Assembly (NCBI GenBank): GCA_963778815.1
Contig: CAVZVS010000003.1
Coordinates: 72,895-136,894, forward strand
Direction of reading: 5' to 3'
DNA length: 64,000 bases
From: an uncultured Chloroflexia bacterium
GTDB lineage: Bacteria; Chloroflexota; Limnocylindria; Limnocylindrales; CSP1-4
Part shown: positions 17,108 through 25,913 of the stretch, in pieces
Layout of the letters: each line of letters starts with the position of its first letter
How positions within the stretch are numbered: the stretch's first letter is position 1
The notes under the pieces: model-generated
The model's input: only the letters and a program-made list of their open reading frames with translations
Databases searched by the model: none
What the model was told of the DNA's origin: nothing
Position numbers and translations under genes: made by a program

Positions 17108-19345
17108 ATGTCGATCGAACCGGTGAGCAGCAGTCCCAAGGCACCTCGTCCGAGCAGCCGCCGCCCGACCCCGGCGGCGGTGGCGAAGCCCGTCGGTCGG
17201 AAGTCCTTCGAACCGCTCCGGCGCGATCTCCTGGCCTCGCTCGAGCGGCACTACCCGCAGGCCGACCTCGCTTCCGTCGGGCAGGCATTCGACCTGGCCA
17301 TCGAGGCTCACGGTGAGCAGCGCCGCGCATCGGGCGAGCCGTACGTCACCCACCCGATCGCCTCCGCCCAGATCCTGGCTGACCTCGGGATCGACCCGAT
17401 CGCGGTCCAGGCCGCCCTGCTCCACGACGTGCCCGAAGACACGGAGTACAGCCTCGCCGACATCGAGGAACGCTTCGGGGCCGAGGTGGCCCACCTCGTT
17501 GACGGGGTCACCAAGCTATCCAAGTTCAGCACCCATACCCACGAACAGCAACAGGCGGAGAACATCCGGAAGATGTTCCTGGCCATGGCCGAGGACATCC
17601 GGGTCGTCCTGATCAAGCTGGCCGATCGCCTCCACAACATGCGTACCCTGTCCGCCCTGCCCCTCGATAAGCAGCAGCGCATCGCCCGTCAGACGATGGA
17701 GATCTACGCCCCGCTGGCCGAACGCCTGGGCATCTGGCAGATGAAGTGGGAGCTCGAGGACCTGGCCTTCAAGGCCCTCGAACCGGAGCGCTTCCGGGAG
17801 CTGGCCAGGCTGCTCGACACCCGGCGCAAGGGCCGCGAGGGGTTCATCGAGTCAGCCATCGCCGAGCTTCGGCCGGCCCTCGCCGCCGCCGGCATCGAGG
17901 CCGAGATGGAGGGCCGCCCCAAGCACATCTACAGCATCGACAAGAAGATGCAGCGCAAGGGTGCCGGGTTCGAGGAGATCTACGACGTCTACGCGATCCG
18001 CTGCCTGGTCGACGAGGTCAAGGATTGCTACGCCGCGCTGGGTGTCGTCCACTCGATCTGGCGGCCGATCCCGGGCCAGTTCGACGACTACATCGCGGTG
18101 CCCAAGAACAACCTCTACCAGAGCCTCCACACGGCGGTCATCGCCAGCGAGGGCAAGCCCCTCGAGATCCAGATCCGGACCCACGCCATGCACCAGGTCA
18201 GCGAGGTCGGCATCGCCGCGCACTGGCGCTACAAGGAAGGCAGCCGCTCGGATCGCGAGTACGACGCCAAGCTGGCCTGGCTGCGCCAGCTCATGGACTG
18301 GCAGCGCGAGGTGTCCGACGCGACCGAGTTCGTGGAGGGGATCAAGCTCGATATCTTCCAGGACCAGGTCTTCGTGTTCACCCCGCGTGGCGACGTCAAG
18401 GACCTGCCGGCCGGCTCGACCCCGCTCGACTTCGCCTACCGGATCCATACCGACGTCGGCCACCGCTGCATCGGGGCCAAGGTCAACAACCGGCTGGTCC
18501 CGCTCGACTACCGGCTCAAGAACGGCGACATCGTCGAGATCGTCACGACCAAGGGCGAGCACGGCCCATCGCGTGACTGGCTGAACGTCGTTCGGACGAG
18601 CCACGCCCGCGAGAAGATCCGGGCCTGGTTCAAGCGCCAGGAGCGCGACGACAACATCGTCCACGGTCGCGAGTCGCTCGAGCGAGAGCTCCGGCGCCTG
18701 GCCCGCAAGTCGATCCAGGCCGTCGGCAACGACAAGGTCGCCGAGGTCGGCAAGCTCTACAACTTCAATTCGCTCGACGACTTCTATGCGGCCATCGGCT
18801 ACGGCGCGGTCGGCGCCACCCAGGTGGTGATGCGCCTGGGCGTGGTCGACGACGCCGAGTTGGCCCTGCCGACCGTGGCCCCCTCGAACGTCCCGGAACG
18901 GACCGGCGGGGTCCGGGTCAAGGGCGTCGGCGACCTGCTGGTCCGCTTCGGCAAGTGCTGTCACCCCATCCCGGGTGACCCGATCCAGGGCTTCATCACC
19001 CGGGGCAAGGGGGTGACCGTCCACCTTCGATCCTGTCCGACCGTGATGAACGAGCGCGAAGTGAGTCGCCTGATCGAGGTCGAGTGGGAGGCCGCCCCGG
19101 CCCAGACCTACCCGATCGCCATCCGGGTCGAGGCCTTCGACCGGACCGGCCTGCTGTCCGACATCACCCAGGTCGTGGCCGAAGCCAAGGTCAACATCCT
19201 GGCCGCATCGGTGAACGTGATGCAGGACCACATGGCCGTCGTGATCGCCACCCTGCAGGTCGCCTCGGTCAGCCAGCTGGCCCGGGTGATGGGTCGGATC
19301 GAACAGCTCAAGGACGTCATCTCCGTGCAGCGCGACCTCGGCTGA
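17108..19345 (+). CDS. relA: Bifunctional (p)ppGpp synthetase/hydrolase Rel
   Basis: HD hydrolase (LLHDV, KLADRLHNMRTL), synthetase (GRPKHIYSI, YQSLHT, EIQIRT), TGS, ZFD (KCCHPIPGD) and ACT domains. Confidence 0.96.
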   Translation: MSIEPVSSSPKAPRPSSRRPTPAAVAKPVGRKSFEPLRRDLLASLERHYPQADLASVGQAFDLAIEAHGEQRRASGEPYVTHPIASAQILADLGIDPIAVQAALLHDVPEDTEYSLADIEERFGAEVAHLVDGVTKLSKFSTHTHEQQQAENIRKMFLAMAEDIRVVLIKLADRLHNMRTLSALPLDKQQRIARQTMEIYAPLAERLGIWQMKWELEDLAFKALEPERFRELARLLDTRRKGREGFIESAIAELRPALAAAGIEAEMEGRPKHIYSIDKKMQRKGAGFEEIYDVYAIRCLVDEVKDCYAALGVVHSIWRPIPGQFDDYIAVPKNNLYQSLHTAVIASEGKPLEIQIRTHAMHQVSEVGIAAHWRYKEGSRSDREYDAKLAWLRQLMDWQREVSDATEFVEGIKLDIFQDQVFVFTPRGDVKDLPAGSTPLDFAYRIHTDVGHRCIGAKVNNRLVPLDYRLKNGDIVEIVTTKGEHGPSRDWLNVVRTSHAREKIRAWFKRQERDDNIVHGRESLERELRRLARKSIQAVGNDKVAEVGKLYNFNSLDDFYAAIGYGAVGATQVVMRLGVVDDAELALPTVAPSNVPERTGGVRVKGVGDLLVRFGKCCHPIPGDPIQGFITRGKGVTVHLRSCPTVMNEREVSRLIEVEWEAAPAQTYPIAIRVEAFDRTGLLSDITQVVAEAKVNILAASVNVMQDHMAVVIATLQVASVSQLARVMGRIEQLKDVISVQRDLG

Positions 19346-19367
19346 GCGCGGAGCGCCCGACCGGCCG

Positions 19368-19826
19368 ATGATCCACGTCTTCCGCCTGCCTGAGCCGGGC
19401 AGCCCCGAGATCAGCGTGGACCACAGCCAGCTCATCGGGTTGCGGGTGTCTGTCGCGGGCGAGCGTCTGCCCCGGCTGCGCGAGCGCGGCCGCCCGGCCT
19501 GGAGCATCCCGATGGCAGACGGGACCACGCGGCGGGTCAGCTTCGGCGGCCAGATGACCGGCCTCCAGGCGATCGTCGACGACGGTCCGACGATCCAGCT
19601 CGAGCGTCGCCTGGCGATCTGGGAGCTCATCCTGGCGGCGCTCCCGTTCGGGTTGATCGGGCTGACCGGTCTGGCCGGTGGGGTGGTCGGTCTGTTCGCC
19701 GTCGTGGTCGACCTGCGCCTTCTGCGGATGTCCTGGCCGCTGTTGGTGCGGGTGCTCGCGACGCTCGGCGTCTTCGTCCTGGCATTCGCGGTGTCGTACG
19801 TCATCACCCGGGCGCTATTCGCCTAG
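19368..19826 (+). CDS. Hypothetical membrane protein
   Basis: Fills the rel-hisS gap. Three C-terminal hydrophobic segments. Confidence 0.65.
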   Translation: MIHVFRLPEPGSPEISVDHSQLIGLRVSVAGERLPRLRERGRPAWSIPMADGTTRRVSFGGQMTGLQAIVDDGPTIQLERRLAIWELILAALPFGLIGLTGLAGGVVGLFAVVVDLRLLRMSWPLLVRVLATLGVFVLAFAVSYVITRALFA

Positions 19827-19836
19827 ACTTCCGGCC

Positions 19837-21123
19837 ATGCCCGCCTATCGCGCCCCGCGCGGCACCCGAGACCTGCTGCCGGACGAGCGCACGACGTGGT
19901 CCCGCCTCGAACGACTGGCGGCCGAGATCGCCGGGCGCTACGGCTATCGCCAGATCGAGACCCCGATGTTCGAACAGAGCACGGTCTACGAGCGGGGCCT
20001 GGGCGAGGCGACCGACGCCGTCGAGAAGGAACTCTTCCGGCTGGCCCCCCGGACCGAGGACGGCGAGGCCTGGTCGCTCCGACCGGAGCCGACGGCGGGC
20101 ATCGTCCGGGCCTACATCCAGCATGGGATGCAGACCTGGCCGCAGCCCGTGAAGCTGACGCTCACTGGTCCGATGTTCCGCTACGACCGACCGCAGGCCG
20201 GTCGCTTCCGCCAGTTCTGGCAGTTCGACGTCGAGGCGATCGGCGATCCGGGCCCGGCCGTCGATGCCGAGATCGTCGAGCTCGGACTGCGCTTCTATCG
20301 TGAGGCGGGGCTGAACGATGTCGAGGTCCGGCTCAACTCGATCGGGGACGGAACTTGCCGGCCGGCCTACATCGCCGACCTGGCGGCCTACTACCGCGAA
20401 CGCCTCGACGCGATCCCCGCGTTCGAACGCGAACGGCTCGATCGGAGCCCGCTTCGACTGCTCGATTCGAAGGACCCGGCGATGGTCGAGATCAACGCCC
20501 GTGCACCCCGGATCGTCGAGCGCCTATGCGCCGCCTGCGCCGAGCATTTCGCCGGGGTCCGATCGCATCTCGAAGCGCTGGGCGTCGCCTACCGGCTCGA
20601 ACCCGGCCTCGTCCGCGGCCTCGATTACTACACCCGGACGGCCTTCGAGTTCTACCGAGCCGGGGCGACCGGCCAGCAGTCGGCGCTCGGCGGTGGCGGC
20701 CGCTACGACGGGCTGGTCGAGCTGCTGGGCGGCCGCGCGACGCCGGGTATCGGCTTCGGTCTGGGGCTCGATCGGGTCGTCCTCGCCCTGGCCGAGACCG
20801 GGGCAGGGGAGGGCCGGACGTTCGGACCGTTGGCCGTCGTCGTCGGGGTCGACCCGGACGCGACGGTAGAACGACTGGCCCTGGCGACCCGGCTGCGGGC
20901 CGCCGGCCTACGGGCTCGAGCCGAGCTCGGCCGTCGCAAGCTGGGCCGCCAGCTCGAGGCGGCGGCCAAGGAGGGCGCCCACTTCGCCGTCATCGTCGGC
21001 GGCGAGGGCGGCGCCGATCATCTCGAGCTGCGCGACCTCCAGGCGGGGACCCAGCGTTCGGTGCCGATGGCGGACCTGGTTCGCGAGCTGACCCGGGCCG
21101 CCGAGACCCACCAGCACGGTTAG
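19837..21123 (+). CDS. hisS: Histidine--tRNA ligase
   Basis: APRGTRD, LRPEPTAG, FRYDRPQAGRFRQF, LVRGLDYY, GGGRYDGL. Confidence 0.97.
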   Translation: MPAYRAPRGTRDLLPDERTTWSRLERLAAEIAGRYGYRQIETPMFEQSTVYERGLGEATDAVEKELFRLAPRTEDGEAWSLRPEPTAGIVRAYIQHGMQTWPQPVKLTLTGPMFRYDRPQAGRFRQFWQFDVEAIGDPGPAVDAEIVELGLRFYREAGLNDVEVRLNSIGDGTCRPAYIADLAAYYRERLDAIPAFERERLDRSPLRLLDSKDPAMVEINARAPRIVERLCAACAEHFAGVRSHLEALGVAYRLEPGLVRGLDYYTRTAFEFYRAGATGQQSALGGGGRYDGLVELLGGRATPGIGFGLGLDRVVLALAETGAGEGRTFGPLAVVVGVDPDATVERLALATRLRAAGLRARAELGRRKLGRQLEAAAKEGAHFAVIVGGEGGADHLELRDLQAGTQRSVPMADLVRELTRAAETHQHG

Positions 21124-21131
21124 GCCGTCGA

Positions 21132-21521
21132 TCAGACGCTGGCGTCCTCGAACTGGACGATGCCGATCAGATTGCCGTCGGGATCCTTGAACCAGGCCGC
21201 TCGATTGGGTCCGACCGCGGCGATGCTGTCGACGGTCTTGAAGCCGGGGAAGTCGTACTCCTCGAAGACCAGCCCGAGGGCCTTGGCGGCAGCGACCTCG
21301 GCTTCGAGGTCGTCGGTCGTGAAGCCCATCTGCGTGTGTGTGCCCGCCGATAGCGCGGTGCCTCTGGAGACCGCGAACAGGGTACCTTCGCCTGCGCGGT
21401 AGAGGACCGCGGTGGGTTGGACGCTATAGGGCTTGAAGCCTAGCGTTCCCTCGTAGAACGCCCGCGCTCGATCGATGTCGGCGGTGGGCAGGGTGACGTG
21501 GACGCGTCGCTCGGCGAGCAT
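21132..21521 (-). CDS. VOC/glyoxalase family protein
   Basis: LPTADIDRARAFYEGTLG...AAWFKDPDGNLIGI. AGGAGG RBS before ATG 21521. Confidence 0.88.
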   Translation of the reverse strand: MLAERRVHVTLPTADIDRARAFYEGTLGFKPYSVQPTAVLYRAGEGTLFAVSRGTALSAGTHTQMGFTTDDLEAEVAAAKALGLVFEEYDFPGFKTVDSIAAVGPNRAAWFKDPDGNLIGIVQFEDASV

Positions 21522-21572
21522 GGGGGCCTCCTGATCGTGCGCAGCTGGGTCGTCGACTACGATACGCCGGCC

Positions 21573-23465
21573 ATGACCCACCACCTTGCCCTGTCCACCC
21601 TCGCGACACCCTACCGAACGCACACCTGCGGTGAGCTGCGGGCGACCGACGTCGACGCGACCGCCCGGCTGAGCGGCTGGGTCCATCGCCGGCGCGATCA
21701 CGGCCAGCTCATCTTCCTCGACCTACGCGATCGGCATGGCCTGACCCAGGTGGTCATCGACGCGACCGAGGCGCCCGAGGCGCACGCCGTGGCCAGCCGC
21801 GTCCGGAACGAGTTCGTGGTGACCGTGGAGGGCAGCGTCGACCGGCGCATGACCGGCAAGGAGAACGCCGAGCTGGCGACGGGCGAGATCGAGCTGCGGG
21901 CATCGACCTTCGCCATCCTGAGCGAAGCCAAGACGCCGCCGTTCTACATCAACGAGCCGGATGCCACCGTCGACGAGGCCCTCCGGCTGCGCTATCGCTA
22001 CCTCGATATCCGGCGCGAGCCGATGCAGCAGCGGCTGCTCCTAAGGTCGCGCCTCGTCCACAAGATCCGCGAGGTCCACCACGCCCACGGCTTCGTCGAG
22101 GTCGAGACGCCCAACCTGATCAAGTCGACCCCCGAGGGCGCCCGCGACTTCATCGTTCCCAGCCGGCTCCAACCCGGCTCGATCTACGCCCTGCCCCAGA
22201 GCCCCCAGCAGCTCAAGCAGCTGCTGATGGTCGCTGGCATCGATCGCTACTTCCAGATCGCCCGCTGCTTCCGGGACGAGGACCTGCGCGGTGACCGCCA
22301 GCCCGAGTTCACCCAGCTCGATCTCGAGATGAGCTTCGTCGACGAGGCCACGGTCATGGCCTTCGTCGAGACGATGGCCATCGAGGTGACCCGGTCGGTC
22401 GTCCCCGATCGCCCCCTCCAGAGCGTCCCGTTCCCGCGCTTCACCTACGACGAGGCGATCGACCGCTTCGGCTCGGACAAGCCCGATCTGCGCTTCGCCA
22501 TGGAGCTCGTCGACCTCGGCCCCGTCCTCGTCCACGCTGCCGGGACGCCGGCGTCCGGCTTCCGCGTCTTCGACGAGGTCCTGGCCGTTGGCGGCCTGGT
22601 CAAGGCGATCGTCGCACCCGGGCTGGGCAGCGCGACCCGCTCCCAGACCGACGAGCTGACGGAGCTCGCCCGGCGCTTCGGGGCCAAGGGTCTGGCCTGG
22701 CTAGCCGTGGAAGCCGATGGCACGATCCGATCGCCGATCGCCAAGTTCCTGGGCGAGGAACGAGTGGCTGCCCTCGTCGAGCGGAGCGGGGCGGGGGAGG
22801 GCGACCTCATCCTGGTCGTGGCCGACGCTCCGGCGACCACCGCCGATGTCCTGGGGCGGCTGCGGGCCGAGCTCGGTCAACGCCTCGGCCTGGCCGATCC
22901 CGAGGTCCTTGCCTACGCCTGGGTCCATCGCTTCCCGATGTACCAGTGGGACGCCGAGAACGGGCGCTGGGACGCGACCCACAACCCGTTCAGCGGCGTC
23001 GTGCCCGAAGACCTCGAGCTGATGACGACCGTCAGCGGCGACCTGTCGCAGGCGACCCCGGACGACCCGGCCGGTCGGGCCCGGGCGCTCCAGTACGACC
23101 TGGTCCTCAACGGCTGGGAGCTGGCCGGCGGGAGCATCCGGATCCACCAGCGCGAGCTGCTCGAGCGGAGCTTCGCCCTCCAGGGCCAGACGCTCGAAGG
23201 GATGCAGGAGAAGTTCGGGGCCGTCCTCGATGCGTTCGAGTACGGTGCGCCGCCCCATGGTGGGATCGCCGCCGGGATCGATCGCTGGGCCGCCCTGCTC
23301 ACCCACCAGACGACGATCCGCGAGGTCATGGCCTTTCCCAAGACCCAGTCGGGCGGGGACCTGATGCTCGAGGCGCCGTCGCCGGCCGAGGCCGGCCAGT
23401 ACGCCGAGCTCGGCCTGCGCTTCGTCGGTCCGCCCGAGCGGGAGCCTAGACCCGGATCGCGATGA
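21573..23465 (+). CDS. aspS: Aspartate--tRNA ligase (probably non-discriminating Asp/Asn)
   Basis: YRTHTCG, RRRDHG, YRYLDIRR, TPEGARDF, LPQSPQ, DEDLRGDRQPEFTQLD, GAPPHGG. Confidence 0.97.
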   Translation: MTHHLALSTLATPYRTHTCGELRATDVDATARLSGWVHRRRDHGQLIFLDLRDRHGLTQVVIDATEAPEAHAVASRVRNEFVVTVEGSVDRRMTGKENAELATGEIELRASTFAILSEAKTPPFYINEPDATVDEALRLRYRYLDIRREPMQQRLLLRSRLVHKIREVHHAHGFVEVETPNLIKSTPEGARDFIVPSRLQPGSIYALPQSPQQLKQLLMVAGIDRYFQIARCFRDEDLRGDRQPEFTQLDLEMSFVDEATVMAFVETMAIEVTRSVVPDRPLQSVPFPRFTYDEAIDRFGSDKPDLRFAMELVDLGPVLVHAAGTPASGFRVFDEVLAVGGLVKAIVAPGLGSATRSQTDELTELARRFGAKGLAWLAVEADGTIRSPIAKFLGEERVAALVERSGAGEGDLILVVADAPATTADVLGRLRAELGQRLGLADPEVLAYAWVHRFPMYQWDAENGRWDATHNPFSGVVPEDLELMTTVSGDLSQATPDDPAGRARALQYDLVLNGWELAGGSIRIHQRELLERSFALQGQTLEGMQEKFGAVLDAFEYGAPPHGGIAAGIDRWAALLTHQTTIREVMAFPKTQSGGDLMLEAPSPAEAGQYAELGLRFVGPPEREPRPGSR

Positions 23466-24340
23466 CCGATCAGCCTGGGGCCGGCGATCGGCCGATGTCC
23501 TACTCCGAGAAGTACCAGGGTACGGAGTGGGGTCGACCGGAGCCGCCGGCCCCGCCCCCTTCGACCCGGTCTGGCCGACCGTTCCTGATCGCGATCGTGG
23601 CGGTCGTGATCATCGCCGTCGCGGGGCTGGCCCTGATCGGCTTCGCCATGGCGCCGAACGGCTCCCGGTCCAGCGCCGGGAGCACGCCCGCCGCAGCGGT
23701 CGGGGCCGTCGCGTCGCCGACCCTCGCGCCGACGCCGTCGCCGACGCTCGACCCGGGCAAGGCGGTCCTGGCCAGGTTCTGGGCGATCGCGGGTGATCCG
23801 GCATTGAGCTATCACATGACCGCGTCGGGCAAGTCGGTCCTGGACAAGAAGACCGTCGCGTCGTACAAGGAATTGGTCGACGTGGTCGGCGACGAGTACT
23901 CCGGCTGGATCGACAGCAGCTCCACGCCGAAGAGCCAGATGGCGCGCAAGGACGGCGTCGTCTGGGTGAAGCTGCCGGGCAAGGCCCGGGTCGGACGACA
24001 AACAAGTGCCCGCTACTTCCGTCTCACGCCGTTCATGTACCTCGAGATGCCGGCCTGGCTCGACTACGTAAAGCCGGTCACAGTCGCTGGCCGTCCCCTC
24101 CATCTCCTCCGCTCGAACACGTTCTACCGGCCCGACATCGCCCGGATGCTCGACTTCCAGAAGTTCCTGGTCGAGCCGGACAGGATGGTCCTCGACATCT
24201 ACGTCAGCGACGACGGCGTCCCGGTGAGTGCCGTGTTCAGCGCGGACGTGGATGTGCAGGACCATGCGTTCCACGGCCGGACCGAGTTCGCCTTCTCGAA
24301 GGTCGGCCAGAAGCTGAAGATCCTCGTCCCCAAGCGCTGA
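23462..24340 (+). CDS. Single-pass membrane protein with Pro/Thr linker and a beta-rich external domain
   Basis: One TM, PTLAPTPSPT linker, strong codon bias, overlaps the aspS stop. Confidence 0.7.
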   Translation: MTDQPGAGDRPMSYSEKYQGTEWGRPEPPAPPPSTRSGRPFLIAIVAVVIIAVAGLALIGFAMAPNGSRSSAGSTPAAAVGAVASPTLAPTPSPTLDPGKAVLARFWAIAGDPALSYHMTASGKSVLDKKTVASYKELVDVVGDEYSGWIDSSSTPKSQMARKDGVVWVKLPGKARVGRQTSARYFRLTPFMYLEMPAWLDYVKPVTVAGRPLHLLRSNTFYRPDIARMLDFQKFLVEPDRMVLDIYVSDDGVPVSAVFSADVDVQDHAFHGRTEFAFSKVGQKLKILVPKR

Positions 24341-24385
24341 CCGTCAGGGCCAGGTCCTGATCGCCGCCCGCGGGCAGCCTCGTCG

Positions 24386-25138
24386 TCAGGGGGCGGCGCC
24401 TGCGACTCGGCTGAGCAGAGCGAGGGTCGCGTCGACGAGCTGACCCTGCTGGTCGGCCCTGGCGATCGTGGCCGCCGGGTCGTTCGGCTGACCCGTGTAC
24501 CAACCCATCTGCTCGTGGTTGCCGCCGGCGATCGTCGTGGTGGTGACGTCCGGACCGAGCCTGGCCAGATTGGTCGCGCTCGTGTACGAACCGACTCCGC
24601 CGTCGAGCGTCCCATAGATCGAGGCGACCGCCAGGTCCTGGGCGGCGAGGTCCGCCGCGGAGTACGACGCCCAGAGCGCCAACCCATCGACCGCATCGGG
24701 GTGCGACGCCGCGAACTGGGCCGCCATCGAGCCCCCTAGCGAGTGTCCACCGACGACCCACCTGGTGATCTCAGGATGCGCGTCGATCACCGCCTGGGCC
24801 GCGTCGATGTCGAAGACAGCCAGGTTGAACGGGACGTCGACGATCGCGGTCAGGTAGCCCTTCTCGGCGATCGCCCGCGCTGCCGGGGCGTACGCCGCCG
24901 GCGGGACCTTGCCGCCTGGGTACAAGATCAGACCGGTCGTAGGCGGAGCGGCCGTGGGGGTGTAGGTGAGGGTCCCGGCTCGGTCCTCGAAGCTCGCCCG
25001 ATCGGTCGACGCGAGGGCGGCCGTCGCTTCGGGCAGGAGGGGCTGGGGCTGGGCGTACCACAGGAACCCGGCGACGCCGAGCGCCAGGAGGACGACCAGC
25101 CCGATCAGGGCGGACTTGAGGATGCGCGATCGACTCAT
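24386..25138 (-). CDS. Membrane-anchored alpha/beta hydrolase
   Basis: LYPGGKV, GGHSLGG nucleophile elbow, GTLDG, GGNHEQMGWY. Confidence 0.88.
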   Translation of the reverse strand: MSRSRILKSALIGLVVLLALGVAGFLWYAQPQPLLPEATAALASTDRASFEDRAGTLTYTPTAAPPTTGLILYPGGKVPPAAYAPAARAIAEKGYLTAIVDVPFNLAVFDIDAAQAVIDAHPEITRWVVGGHSLGGSMAAQFAASHPDAVDGLALWASYSAADLAAQDLAVASIYGTLDGGVGSYTSATNLARLGPDVTTTTIAGGNHEQMGWYTGQPNDPAATIARADQQGQLVDATLALLSRVAGAAP

Positions 25139-25184
25139 CGTTGGCCCATTCGGCTCGACGACGCCCGGCGGATGGGTGGTCCGG

Positions 25185-25856
25185 TCAGTCGAGGGCCAGA
25201 TCGGGCTCGGGCAGACCGGCGCCTGCCGCCACCTCGGCGCCCCATTCGTGGCTGTGGCCGGCCGGTGGGTCGGGCGGACCCTCGTACGCGGGCAGGTCCG
25301 TGAACGGCGTGTCGACGCCGTGGACGACCCCCGGGTCGCCCAACTCGATCGAGCGCGACGGGACCGCCGCGACGAGCGCCTCGACGATGTCGGGTGGCAT
25401 CCGATCGGGGGCGATGGCCTGAAGGGTATCGAGACGCGAGATCGGCACGAGGACCGGCCAGCCGGGCTCCCCGTGCCAGGTCGGTCGGAGGACGGTCCCC
25501 GGATCCGTGCCGTGGGCCTCGATCAGCGAGGTGACGGTCTCCGGGCCGACCCAGGCCATCCGGGCGGGCCAGAGCAGGGCGGCCGAGGTATCGCTGACCT
25601 CCGCTTCGGCCAGCTCCACCCCGCGGACCATCTGCCCGACCGGGCCTGCCGCGTCCGGAGCCGGAGCGCCCCAGGTCGCCTCGGTCCCGCCGAGGGCCGC
25701 CACGACACTGCCATCCGGGTCTGGCGAGACGACCACGATCGGCAGCGCCCCGCCCGACCAGGCAAGGTCGACCAGACGCCGGACCCGCGGCTGACCGAGT
25801 GTGTCCGAGAGCGATCCCTCGGCGGTGGCGGACAGGATGACGGCGGCGACGGTCAT
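25185..25856 (-). CDS. MocA/MobA-like NTP-transferase-fold protein (degenerate)
   Basis: AAVIL N-terminus, G.PGWPV, DPGVVHGVDTP match the fold. The canonical Gly/Arg/Lys loop is absent. Confidence 0.7.
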   Translation of the reverse strand: MTVAAVILSATAEGSLSDTLGQPRVRRLVDLAWSGGALPIVVVSPDPDGSVVAALGGTEATWGAPAPDAAGPVGQMVRGVELAEAEVSDTSAALLWPARMAWVGPETVTSLIEAHGTDPGTVLRPTWHGEPGWPVLVPISRLDTLQAIAPDRMPPDIVEALVAAVPSRSIELGDPGVVHGVDTPFTDLPAYEGPPDPPAGHSHEWGAEVAAGAGLPEPDLALD

Positions 25857-25913
25857 GGCCGGATGCTAGCAGGCGGCGACTCCGGCGATGATGTGGCACA
25901 CTGCGGCGGTCCC

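Noticed and set aside
24966-25913. 300-aa N-terminal extension of TypA
   Set aside because: It is the antisense of the minus-strand MocA-like and hydrolase genes. The real start is ~25914.
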